Source of the DNA: Vicugna vicugna
Lineage: Eukaryota
Length of the DNA stretch: 64,000 nt
NCBI GenBank assembly: GCA_013265495.1
Contig: MU058781.1
Span: 6,476,522-6,540,521, forward strand
Reading direction: 5' to 3'
Positions 40,065-51,427 of the stretch are shown here, one piece after another; positions within the stretch are counted from its first letter, which is position 1; every line of letters starts with the position of its first letter. The notes beneath the pieces were generated by a model, which was not told the DNA's origin, searched no databases, and saw only the letters and a program-made list of their open reading frames with translations. A program made the position numbers and the translations under genes.

Positions 40065-40947
40065 TGCAGCAGCAGTAAACTTCAGCACAGATCACTGGCC
40101 AGTATTCCTGGAGTGTTTCATGTGACACTGACATCAGCCAGGTTTTCAATGGCAACCACAGCAAAAGCTGCCAGGAGAAACTTCTCCCCAGTTCTCTTAA
40201 GATGTATGATGTAGATGCCATCACTTTTCTTTTTGTGGCTATGAAAACATGGGCAATCATTGATCAAATACATTTCACCTGCTTTCACTAATAAGGTTGT
40301 TTTAATTGCAGGTCCTCCAAGCGGCACGAAGCCTAAAAGTAAGACGTTTGACTGAGTTGTTTTCCAGGAACTTGGAGTCAGCTGTGTCTAGTTCCTTCCG
40401 CGCTGGTTAGGACCACCCACCTTCCAGCTGGGTATGCGCCAGGGTCTGCTCCGTGACCTTTTGACGTCAGAGGGCAGAAAATGCGCCTCAGAGCGTGCTA
40501 AAAGCGCCTCCGTATTTGAACGGGAAGAGGCCTGTAGCTTATTACGCCTGCGCAGGAGGACGATTACGGCACCTTTTCCCCAGTCACCTTTCCCCATGTC
40601 CCCAGGACTCAAACTGCCCTGCTTCTTTATTCTTTATCCCACAAATACCCTGAGCCCCTTGCCTTCAGGGAGTCCGATTTGAGGTTTGTCCTCCCATATC
40701 CTCTCTTGGCTGCAGACCTCCGCTTCTCCACCTTTCGGCTTGCTGAGCATCCTGCAAAATGAGCCTGGTTTGGTAACAGATGTACTGTTTCATTTGGAAG
40801 TTGAAGTCGATGCCGGCGAGGTAGGTTCCTGCTACTTGGAAATGAAGGACATTTGCAGGATATCAGGGGTTCTGGACATTGTGAAAGTTTCCTTTTGAAT
40901 TATGACGGGAACTCAGAACAATGCCAAATGGATCCCTTTCTGGGTAG
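40065..40947 (-). pseudogene. RPSA: RPSA (40S ribosomal protein SA) processed pseudogene, 5'UTR to about codon 93, split by an LTR
   Basis: Minus strand reads 5'UTR ...ggaaactttcacaATG (40879-40877), MSRTPDILQM..AGTYLAGIDFNFQMKQYI, then the LTR, then [51 protein letters not shown]. Intronless across recalled RPSA exon junctions; has frameshifts and stops. Confidence 0.92.
40240..40778 (+). mobile_element. ERV1-type solo LTR, MER41-like
   Basis: About 540 bp inserted between RPSA codons ~39/40; ends ...gagcctggtttggtaaca, resembling recalled MER41-group LTR 3' ends; left boundary approximate. Confidence 0.6.
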
Positions 40948-41121
40948 TACCTGCTTTTCCTGGTATTAATGACTGCCTTTCTTTTTAAAATTTGTTCGGT
41001 GTTCTCTATACCTATCCAACTATGTTCTTTTAATTGTCAAATGCTCATCGGTATTATTCTCGACAACTCGTATTTATGGATTTCACTTTTGTTTTGAGGA
41101 CTTTCCCCATGCCTCTCTACT

Positions 41122-42195
41122 CTTTTATTTTTTTTAATTGAAGTATAGTTAATTTACAATGTTGTGTTAATTTCTGATGTACAGCAGTGTGATTCAGGTA
41201 TGTGTATATATATATATATTATATATATATATATATATTCTTTTCGTATTATTTTCCATTATAGGTTATTACAAGATACTGAATGTAGTTCCCTGTGCTA
41301 TACAGTAGGACCTTGTTGTTTGTCTTTGGGATTGTTGTTTTCTTATTTGTGGTATCTGCCCCCTGGTGGATGAGGCTGGACTAGAGGCTTATGCAGGTTT
41401 CCTGGCTGGAGGAGTTGGTGCCTGCCCACTTCGAAGCTTGGTCCTGGATCTCTGATGGGTAGGGCCATGTCTAGGGGGCCTCTGTGGCTCAGGAAGTTGG
41501 CTGATGGGTGGGGCTGTGTTCCCTCCTAGTATGTTGTTTGCCCTGAGGCTTCCCAGCCCTTTAAGCCTACAGGCTGTTGGGTGGGGGCCTAGGTCAAGGT
41601 GCTAATGATCCAATCAAGATGTCAGTCTCCAGGAAAGCTCACATAGATGACTACCACCAGCTTTTATGTTCCCTGGGTGAGCCACAGCCATCCCCTACCT
41701 CCCCAGGAGACCTTCCAAAACCAGCAGGCAGGTCTGGCTCAGGTTCCTATGAAATCACTGCCTCTGCCCTTGGACCTGGCACATGTAGGATTCTGTGTAC
41801 CCTTCCCAAGAGAATGAAGTCTGTTTCACCCAATCCCATGAGGCTCCTAGAGTTAAGCCTCACTGGCCCTGCCCGGGGTATCCTCCTCCCGATGCTGGAA
41901 CCTCGGGCTGGGGAGACTGACAAAGGGCTCAGAACTCCCACTCCTGTGGGAGAGCCTCTGTGACTTAATTATTCTTCAGCTTGTGGGTTGCCCACCTGGG
42001 GCAGTATGGGGCCTGATTATATCGTGAGCCCGCTCCTCCTACTGTCCCACTGTGTTTCCCTCTTTAATGTTTCCAGTTGAAGATCTTTTTTCCTAGGTTC
42101 CAGTCTTTTGTTTTTTTTTTCCCAGTGGTTGTTTAGCTGTCAGTTGTGGTTTTATTGTCACGAGAGACATGAGCTCATGGTCCTATCACTCCAAT
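41122..42195 (-). mobile_element. L1 3' tail (~41122-41325) abutting an artiodactyl L1 5'UTR-like segment (~41330-42195)
   Basis: ttttaattgaagtatagtt...tatacagtaggaccttgttg, then GC-richer 5'UTR-like sequence ending gagctcatggtcctatcactcc; includes (TA)n at ~41206-41238. Confidence 0.65.
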
Positions 42196-43047
42196 AGCCA
42201 ACACTTTTTAAAATTTCTTTTAAGCGTATCTCTAGACACTATAATTTAGTCTTGCTCTTTAATTTGACGTCTTTAAAGTCTCCTTTAATCTAATGGTTTT
42301 CTCCATTCTTTATCTTACAATTTATGTATTGAACTCAGCTGTTTGACTTGTAGGGTTCCCCAGAGTCTGGATTTTGCAGATTGCATACTCATGGTCATTT
42401 CAATATGCATGTTTGTCCTCTGTTTCCTGTAAACTGGCACTTGGCTCCAGAGGCTTGATTAGACTCGGGTTTAATCCATTTGGTAATACATTATTATGAA
42501 TTTATGTATTTAAACATATTTAATGTGTTTCAGTCCCTGTTACCCTTATTGAAACTCAAGTTGTCCCATCTTTGGCCAGTGGGGAGCCTCTTCAGGTTGG
42601 CTCCGGGGTCCTTTGGAGATGACCTTAGAAGTCTTTAATAGTTCCTCTGCTCTTAGTATGACAAGGTATTTTATGTTCATTCTATGTATTTCCTGACCCA
42701 GACCTAGAATCATCCATTTCTCCAAGAAGTTCTTGTTTCCTTTAGTGGGACTTGGTATTTCAAGACCACGGACAAGGTGATAAGGATGATCATTGCTACT
42801 GAAAAGATGCAGGAAATTAGAGCATTCAGACTAATGATAATTACTTGTTTTACCCCACATTACACTTGCATTCTCAAAATAATAATAGTAATATTAGCAC
42901 CGTCAATACACTGAAAAGTGTAAAATTTTTTGCTGATGATCTCCTCAGAGCCCCCTCCTGCTTTGTAGTCACTTTGTACTAATGTTCAGCATATAAATCC
43001 ATCTCAGATTATACTCTTTGACTCTCAGCTCCGAAATCTTTGCTTGC

Positions 43048-43708
43048 TGTGCAGTAATGGAGATGAGCTCTGTAAATGCGTCTCCCAAGCCAGCTGGTTT
43101 GTTAGTCTTTGTCAGTAGAGGACACTGTTGGGCTGCAGGGGGAGGCACTGGAGGAGGAAGAAGCTTCTCTTCCTGATTCTCTCACGCCTATACACTTACC
43201 TCCTTGGGCTCCTGCAGAGTGTGTGGTTCCTTTCAGCAGCACCCAGCAGCCAACAACAAGCGGCGACTTCCCACAGCAGCGTCCCCCAGCACACCGCTTT
43301 TTGGGTGGCTTCAGAGTGGTGTGCTGCTGGCAAAGCACCTTCCTGGAGGTGGCTTCTCTGGGCACTCTGCAGTGAATTCTGCTGAAGGCACCTCCCTGTG
43401 GATGGATGGTTTCTCCAAGAACTCCAGAGAGAGGGTTTCTAGCAAGTTCCACTGAGGCCACAGCAGTGAGCCAGTCATGCCCTCTCCAACAAGGAGATGG
43501 GGGGACGTGTTTCTTGGTCACTCTATTTCAGTTCTAGGAGTGGTGGCCGCTCCCTGTATCTATTGTTCCTATATGGTAGGCGTTCTCTTTTCCTTTTACT
43601 AGTCAGCCCCCCCTTGATTCCGATTCCATTAATAATTCTTCATAGTAAATATTCTCTGTTCAAGTTACTGTGTAGTTTCTGTCTCTTGACTGGAACTTGA
43701 CTGAAAGA
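43048..43708 (+). mobile_element. ERVL-type solo LTR within old antisense L1M debris (~42200-45400)
   Basis: GC-richer island starting tgtgcag and ending gtttctgtctcttgactggaacttgactga, like ERVL LTR ends. Confidence 0.55.
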
Positions 43709-44367
43709 AACCCTCATTTAGTCTTCATTCTAGATGTAACATTTAAAATCACTAGCTGTCCTTCTGTCACTGGCAGTAATTTTGGTTGCCAAGCCTCATT
43801 CTCTAGTAGATTTCTCAGGAAGAACTCAAATGAGTAACAAACATTCTGAGTTCTTCCATTTTGCGAACAATATGCTTTTCTGCTTGAAAGCCAGTTTTGC
43901 TGGATTCAGAGTTCTTGGTTCTTGTTTTCTTTCTTTGACTATTTTAAATGTTTCACCATTTTCTCCTCACGTGAAGTGTTAATGTTGAAGTGTTATGGTA
44001 ATCCAATTTTCTCTCATAAATTATTTTTTTGGCCAATGACCATTTTTCACTTTACATTCTTTCAAACATAAAGTCTAGTAATTTTACTAGAATACATTGT
44101 CCATTCTCAGTGTTTTCAGGTATACCAGTATACTCTTTCAGTATGAGGTTTCAAATACACATGAATATGTACATGAACCTATATAAATAGAATATGTATA
44201 TTCTATTCCAGGAAAATGTGTTGTATTTGTTCTGTTAGCTAGTTTTGGTTTCTTTATCAGAAACTCTTTGACCATACATTGGATCTTCTTTACCTATCTT
44301 CAATATTTATCTTTTCTCAATCATTTCTACCTCTTTCTATATTTCTTTATTTGAAAGCTTATTTCCA

Positions 44368-44503
44368 GGGGGTGGGTATAGCTCAGTGACAGAGTGCATA
44401 CCTAGCATGCACAAGGTACTGGGTTCAATCCCCAGTACCCTGTTTAAAAATTTAATAAATAAACCTAAAAAAATTACCACTCCCACTTTAAAAATAAAAT
44501 AAA
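44368..44503 (+). mobile_element. tRNA-derived SINE (Vic-1-like)
   Basis: ggtatagctcagtgacagagtgcatacctagcatgcacaaggtactgggttcaatccccagtacc plus tail. Confidence 0.87.
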
Positions 44504-46659
44504 ATCTCATTTTCAAATTCTTGTTCTCTTGGGCACCATCTGTTGTTCATTTACTCCTGTGTTCCTTCTAGTTTAGTATTTTCTGAAACCACTTTTTGTC
44601 TTAATTCTCATTCTTTCCCAAGTTGTTTATTTCTGAGTTTTTCTCATTCTGATTTATTTTGCTCTTTCATGTCTTACATACTTTTCTTAATGTCTTGAGA
44701 GTTATGATCTTATTTTTTCCAGCACTGACACTATACAACTTTCTGTTTGTGGTTTGATCCCACCCTCTTGTATTTGGGGGTTTGTAGAGTTAATCTGTTA
44801 TCTAATTTTGTTGTAAACATTGTCACATACATCCTTGGTTTCACTATATAGTCTGTTTTTATGTAGTGATTCATGGAGATTCAAAACTCATGTATTGCCA
44901 TCTTTCTAGAATCCATTTATGTCTTTGACTCATGAATACTTCTCTTTATATCCCTGAGATTTCAGTCTTTCGCTGAACATGATGGGAAGGGATCAGAATA
45001 TTGCTTGGATTGGCAGTGGTGCATTACATCCTCATTCTTGAGTGATGATTTACTTGGTTATAACGGTCCAGGTTGTCCATAGTTTCCCTTTGAACTATAT
45101 ATATTCCACTATCTTCAGACTACTTTTCACTTTTGATAATTTGGCTTCCAGTCTAAATGTCAGTTCTTTCTAGATAGGCTATGTTTTAACTGCTGCTATT
45201 AACATCATTTTTCTCTTTGCTTAAATTCATCATGTATATGTTACATTATATGTATGTGTTATTTTCCCAAGACTTGATGTGCTTCCTCAATCTAAAGAGT
45301 CATTTTTCTTCAATAGAAAATTATTGGCCATCTTTTTTTCTCTCCTTTGGAATGCCTTTTAGATGTACTGTTGAACCTTATTATATTATGTAGAACCTCT
45401 GAATTTGTGGTTACTTAAGGCAACAAAACTTTTTGCTTAAGCCAGTTAGAATTAGTTTTTTTAATCACTGAAACAGAAGCACTCTTACTTTCTCAAAAGC
45501 AAAGTTAGAGAAAAACAGATGATTCCTGAAGCTATTGTTTGATTATCCGTAACTAGATATCCTTGAAACCTAAACTACTATGAACTTTTTATGCAAGTCA
45601 ATAAATTCACTTACTTTTCTCCCTTAAATCAGTTACAACTGGATTTCTGACGATTGCAACCAAGAGTCCTGATTCATATAAATGTCTACTACATGAGTGA
45701 CACTGTGCCAGGTGCTACCGTAATCGGTGGCACGGAAAACAAAGTCCATATGTCCAATAACCACGAGGTTTCACACTCATTTTGTGCTATCTTCATTTCT
45801 TCCTGCTTCTCCTGCCGCCTCCACCCAAACTTGGAATGCATGTTTGTTTAAACGTTACAACTTCCTCAGTTGATTTTTAAAACCACATTTGTAAGGGTAG
45901 ATTTTCTAGCTGTAGGCCACATGATCTTTACCTTATTTTGGATTCATATTATACTGATATGGTCTTAAGTAGGTCAAGTGTTTCATGAAAATTTTTCCCT
46001 TTAACCAAATCATTAGCTTCTTAAGGGCAAAAGTTACACCTTTTAAGTCTCCCTAGAGCAAAGTCAAGAATGATTTGGGACATCATTATTAATAAGTATA
46101 CCCACAGTACTTGTCCCTGTGCATCTTCTGTATTGTACTGGGGACACAGCCATTCCTATCGCTTATAAGGACTTAGGTAGGTATGTTAAAATAGAAATAC
46201 GTAAGGTGCTATATATATTGTTCAGTGGAAGAGGAAATCATACCTGGGCTAGGATACACAGAGAACGCTCCAAAACCCTGGGATGTAAACAGGTGCTTGC
46301 CGTTACAGAAAATAAAGGAAAAGGCAGGCACCAAAGGTTGAGACGATGGGTCTGAGGAAAGGCAGTTTTGTTAGTGTTAGTAAGCTTATCTGCAGCAGTG
46401 GAAAGTTAGATTTTATGCACACAGGTTGGCTTCAGGATAACGACAATCTAACTCTTAAATCAGCATAATCTTTCTTTTCTCTTACAGTGAGTATCTCTGC
46501 AGCTGAGTCATACCATCTTGATAGTTCCAGTTGAGCTTGATTATTCATTTCTTATCCTCTAAGGGTGTATCTCTTGTATCATCTTGAGTACAAATGGGCG
46601 AGGACCAGTTAATTGGAATGAATGCAGGCGGAAATAAGCAGCAAGCCCTGTGCCTAGAG

Positions 46660-47900
46660 ACCAAAACAGTCGCGGCTCCGTAATAGAAAAGGCGGTGCTG
46701 ACCCCTGGGACCTCTCTGGGAAACCCTCTTCCTCCATCATCTGTTTCTCCAGGGACAGCCTGAATCCACGGATTATCTGGAGGAGCCTCGGGCCTTAAAC
46801 TTCATTAAAACTGCACGAGGTAGGGGGTGGAGGAGGGACGGGGAGAGGCGGCAGTGACAGTCTGCACCCAACAATCGGTAAGAACGGAGGAGCCGCGGGC
46901 CCCCGAGCCGAAGCTGTAACACTCAGCCCCACTTCCAGGCCTCACCTCCTTGCCCCGCCCCGACGCCGACGAGGGGAGGGGCTTCCGCTTCCGGTGGCGG
47001 ATTGTTGACGCCTGCGGCTGCTGCGGTGGCGACGGGGCCGCTGGGGAGGGGCTAGTGGGGGAGGGAGACAGCGCAGTGACAGAACCTCCGAGGGTGCTGC
47101 TGAGGCGACGATGGCAGAGGGGCCGGAGGAAACCCGAGGCCGCCCTCCCGGGCAGGACGACGGCGGAGGGGACCACGAGCCTGTCCCTTCCCTGAGAGGC
47201 CTTCCTGCCGCCGCCGCCCCACGCCCCCGGGACGAGCCGCAGGCCGAATCCCCGGCCGCTGAGGAGTCGGAGCCCCGGCGCGAGCCCGGGAAATGCGGGG
47301 AAGCGGGCTCCGGCTCCGGCGCGGGGCTGCAGGCTCCGGCTGGCTGCGAGGCGCCAGAGGCCGCGTCTCCGTGCGAGAGGCCAGCGCGGCTGAGCGCCCG
47401 CGAGTACTCCCGGCAGGTGCACGAGTGGCTGTGGCAGTCTTACTGCGGCTACCTCACCTGGCACAGCGGCCTGGCCGCCTTCCCCGCCTACTGCAGCCCC
47501 CAGCCGCCCGCGCCACCTCTCGGCTACCTCTCGGGCGCCGGCGCCGCCGCCCCCCAGGCCGCGGCTTCGCCGCCCCTCCAGCTGGGCTATTACAACCCCT
47601 TCTATTTCCTGAGCGCCGCGGCTCCTGGGCCTGAGCCGGGGGCGGCCGCCGGCATCACCACCCCGGCTCCGGTCGCCGGCCTGGGAGCCCGCGCCCCTCA
47701 CGTGCAGCCTTCGTCCCGGGCCGCCCCAGGAACGAGGGGAGGATCTGCGGCCGTTTCGCGAGCCCCGAGCGAGACCGGGCGGCAGGCAGGTGAGAAGGCC
47801 CTTCAGGGAACGAGCTGGGGTCGAGCAGGCAGGCTGTTCACCGCTGTAACTGCTGCTGCTGCTCGCAGTGGGGTTTCTCCGCGTGGATCAGCTGTCGTAG
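46660..47900. promoter_or_regulatory. CpG island / FAM8A1 promoter
   Basis: Very high GC and CpG density; GC box GCCCCGCCCC at 46952-46961; tandem ETS-type CTTCCG motifs at 46982-46994; no TATA box seen. Confidence 0.9.
47111..47789 (+). CDS. FAM8A1: FAM8A1 exon 1 (HRD1/SYVN1 ERAD complex component)
   Basis: acgATGG start; MAEGPEETRG...SAREYSRQVHEWLWQSYCGYLTWHSG...SETGRQA; donor GCAG|gtgaga; 679 nt. Confidence 0.95.
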
Positions 47901-48902
47901 GCTAAGGCCTTAAATTCCCAAAGTAAATTTAGTGAACTGAAGCGAAGCTATAGTTCCTTCTTCCCTTAGACCTGGCGCTCCGAATTGATTCCCTTACTCC
48001 CAGGACTAGTTGTTTCCACGTGTAAAAAAATCTTTGCCCCTCAAACCATCCTCTTACTCTGTCTCCACGCTCTGAAGTGAGATTCAAATCTTAATTCTTA
48101 GACGAACCCACTTTGGGAGGAGGGCAAGTTTTGACTGGTAATGCTGGAAATAATCCAAACGTGGATTAATTATATATATTACAGGAGATATAACATGGGT
48201 AAAATGTAGTGTGTGTGTGTGAGTATAATTGTTATGTATTATATATTAGGGACAAAGGAGTTGACGGTTGTAAAAGGAGATTTACATGAATTCAGACGGA
48301 GTTTTGAACCTTTGGGCTCTGGCTTAATCTTCTTGTTTACTTTTGTATGGGAATTAGAATATTTTGAATTATTTACACTTACTATTATTTAGACTATTTT
48401 ATTCAGGCACAGGTAATATGGGACAAGACCTAGTTGCCTGAATTTGATTCAGAATTTAGGATGGCAGCTTGATAATCATGATTTGTTACACAGAAAGCAA
48501 GACAAACTAAATGAGTAAGGGGTGAGATGAAGAGCACAGAACAAATGACTGTTCTAATTGTCTATTGATATTTTGCTAAAAACTGTTTTTGTCATAAGCT
48601 TGTAATCACCTGAATTCTCATTTGAATCCCCAGTGAAATGTATTGAGTACCTTAGACAATTTATCTGTGAAATTATTTTTAAACGTGAAGAGGGTAAAAA
48701 CAAACTTTAAACTGCCCAGTAAATAGTGAAGTGGTGTTGTATTTTAACATATATTGGAGTCAATACCAATATTTGTTGCAAAGTTACAGTTGCAAAGGTA
48801 CAGTAAGTTGTACCTTGACTTTATATTCCCCGTTCATTACCTAGCTTGAGTTCCAAGGACTATGAGCAATTAGTTTTCCTAATTTTTTTTTTTAATTTAC
48901 AG

Positions 48903-49023
48903 GCAGAGAGTATGTTATACCATCGTTGGCCCACAGATTTATGGCAGAGATGGTGGATTTCTTTATTCTCTTCTTTATAAAAGCAACCATTGTCTTAACG
49001 ATTATGCACCTCAGTGGAATAAA
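48903..49023 (+). CDS. FAM8A1: FAM8A1 exon 2, RDD domain start
   Basis: tttacag|GC ... AA|gtaagt; 121 nt; REYVIPSLAHRFMAEMVDFFILFFIKATIVLTIMHLSGI. Confidence 0.96.
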
Positions 49024-49559
49024 GTAAGTTAAGGCCATTTGCAGAAAGGTTTTAATGTCTGCTATCTAGAGATCCTTGCTTTGTTAAGTTCTTTTCATGC
49101 CTTGCAAGTGCCTTTATGGATAATCTGTGTGCCATTGTCAACAATTTCTTTATAAGAGCTTTGTCAGCTTTGTTTTCTTGTTGGTTTTAAGAAATAACTA
49201 CAAAAGAGAGAAAAACACTTAATAAATTGTGCAAGATGTGGGAGAATTTCACCTATCAAAAGTAGTTAAAATTAGTTCCCGGTTTCAGCACCAAAAAAAA
49301 AAAAAAGTAGGTAAAAGGAATTTCCAAACCTGGTTTAATTTTATTCACTATTTTCTTGGGCCAGTTACTAATTTCCCTCTTAGAATTGTGTTCAGAGTGA
49401 AGTGTCTGAAGACAAAAGCATGAAGAGTTTTTAGTATATGAACTGTTAATAATCAGCTAGGTGGCATTTCCAAATAGGGTTGCTTACACTATCAGGCAAG
49501 TTCCAAGTGACCTGCAAAGTGAGCCACTTACTTGAATAAGCTTCCTTTCAGCTTAATAG

Positions 49560-49760
49560 CAGTTATCACTTGCTAAGCGCTTTCTACGTGCTCAGCTCTA
49601 GGGATTCTTACTTAATCTTGCCACCATTATTAAGTAGAGGTTAATACCTCCATTTTATAGAGATTGAAGTTTGTGCTTACAGGAAAGAAGTTAAGCCCAG
49701 AATTTGCAGAGTTACAGAGTAGTAAGTGGCAGTCAAGTTCAAACACTGGTAGTCTAATTT
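49560..49760 (-). mobile_element. MIR SINE
   Basis: cctccattttatagagattgaa...aagttaag...gcagagttacagagtagtaagtggcag. Other MIRs at ~8125-8200, ~11230-11380, ~24060-24210, ~29800-29890, ~33165-33375 and ~52140-52335. Confidence 0.72.
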
Positions 49761-50670
49761 CAGGCCCCTTGCCCTTCCCTGTCTCTCCCTCCCTTACTCC
49801 CTGCACATCCAGGCAAGTATCAGTTTCTTTCTGTTCAATCTCCTGAACAACCTTCAGTCCATACCATTTCCTCTTCACTGTCAGAATTCCATTTTCCATC
49901 ATTTCTTCTCCCTAGTCCAGTCATCACTTGCTTGGATTACAACACAAGGCTTCTAACTGGTATCTCAGTCTCCTGTCTCCTGGGTTATCTGAATTTAGTC
50001 TCTGACATAAAACCAAAGAGATCGTAAATTCTGATTCTGCCACTCTCTTGCCTTAAAACCCTTCAATAGTTTCTCACTGCTATGAGGACAAGTCTTAAAT
50101 GTCTTCATGTGTTTTAACAGATCCCCTTATTTCTTAATCACTGTCACCTCTCACACTATTTGAGCCTCAGCTGCTTGCAGCTTCCATCACAGTCCTGGTT
50201 TAAGGCTTTCTCTCATTAGTCCCTCTCTCTAGAATTTCTCCCTTCTTAGTCTGGCTAACTTCTCTTCATCCTTCAGATCTCCACTTAAATGTCATTTCTG
50301 AGAAGCCTTCAGGAAGTTAGGTGTGCCTGGTGTGTTTCCAAGTACCTTACAGTTCCCTGTTACAGCCCTTATCCCACTTCGTTATTATTTACTCTGCTTT
50401 CCCTGCTTGGTTACAAGTTATCTCCAGGACAGCAGACACCATGTTGAATTCACTTACCCTTGTGTCCCCAGGGCTGGTACAGTGCCTGCTCATGATAGTG
50501 CTGCTTATTTGTTGAATAAGCTAATGAATGCTCTGCAAAACTAGATGGTTGGAAATGTAAAAATTAGTTTAGGATTTCAGTTAAAGTTTAGATTTACAAT
50601 AATGGGGAAAAAATCAGTGCATCTGCTCTGGTAACTAATTCTTTATAAACCAAAACTTTGTTTTGTGTAG

Positions 50671-50794
50671 GGATATCTCTAAGTTTGCTATGCATTATAT
50701 AATAGAAGAAATAGATGAAGACACATCAATGGAAGACTTGCAGAAAATGATGGTTGTGGCTCTTATATACAGATTATTAGTTTGTTTCTATGAG
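50671..50794 (+). CDS. FAM8A1: FAM8A1 exon 3
   Basis: gtgtag|G ... GAG|gtaagc; 124 nt; DISKFAMHYIIEEIDEDTSMEDLQKMMVVALIYRLLVCFYE. Confidence 0.96.
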
Positions 50795-51287
50795 GTAAGC
50801 TGCTGACTTGAGCAAATACTAATGTTTAACAATCTAATTTTAGATTATCAGCCCAAGACAAAAAAGTAATGTAAATTTATAATCATGTAACATTTTATCA
50901 AATGTCTATTTCTTCCAAGTTTTAACATAATACTTTTCAAGTTAAAACTTTCTGAGTGGAGATGCTTCACAATTTCTTTGTAAGGCATTTGAGTCTTGTT
51001 GTCCAAAAATATACTTGTAAATTGGTTGTGGAACTTGAAATGGATTTTTCCATAGAAACAACTTGCTAAAAAATGTAATGAGTCATAGAGAAATATTACT
51101 GTAGACATCTTGTGGTATTGAAATAGACACCTGCAGAAATGCATTAAAAGGTAAACCTTTTGAGTATGCTATGAAATTGTTTCAACCTGAAAATTTTGAA
51201 ACATGAATCATATGGCAGGAAAATTTACCTTTAAAATTGGTGTATTTGCGCCAGTAAATTATTTTAAAATTATCCTTCTTTCCTTAG

Positions 51288-51427
51288 ATAATTTGCATTT
51301 GGGGAGCAGGTGGAGCTACCCCAGGGAAGTTCCTGCTAGGGCTTCGAGTGGTGACATGTGACACATCAGTGCTTATCGCACCAAGTCGTGTTTTAGTGAT
51401 TCCGTCCTCAAATGTTAGCATTACAAC
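51288..51427 (+). CDS. FAM8A1: FAM8A1 exon 4
   Basis: ccttag|ATA ... AC|gtaagt; 140 nt; IICIWGAGGATPGKFLLGLRVVTCDTSVLIAPSRVLVIPSSNVSIT (RDD GxTPGK motif). Confidence 0.96.

Larger units (their letters stand above)
29089..46805 (-). pseudogene. Candidate decayed multi-exon protein-coding gene (unitary pseudogene), product unknown
   Basis: Several AG/GT-bounded unique segments with mostly compatible phases and protein-like translations broken by scattered stops (see findings). Confidence 0.55.

Noticed and set aside
46805..47701. 298-aa minus-strand ORF (also the 81-aa and 113-aa + ORFs here)
   Set aside because: Shadow frames of GC-rich FAM8A1 exon 1 and the CpG island; low-complexity R/G/A/P composition with no recognisable domain.
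47790..47905. Tail of the 264-aa ORF
   Set aside because: Read-through past the exon-1 donor into intron 1.
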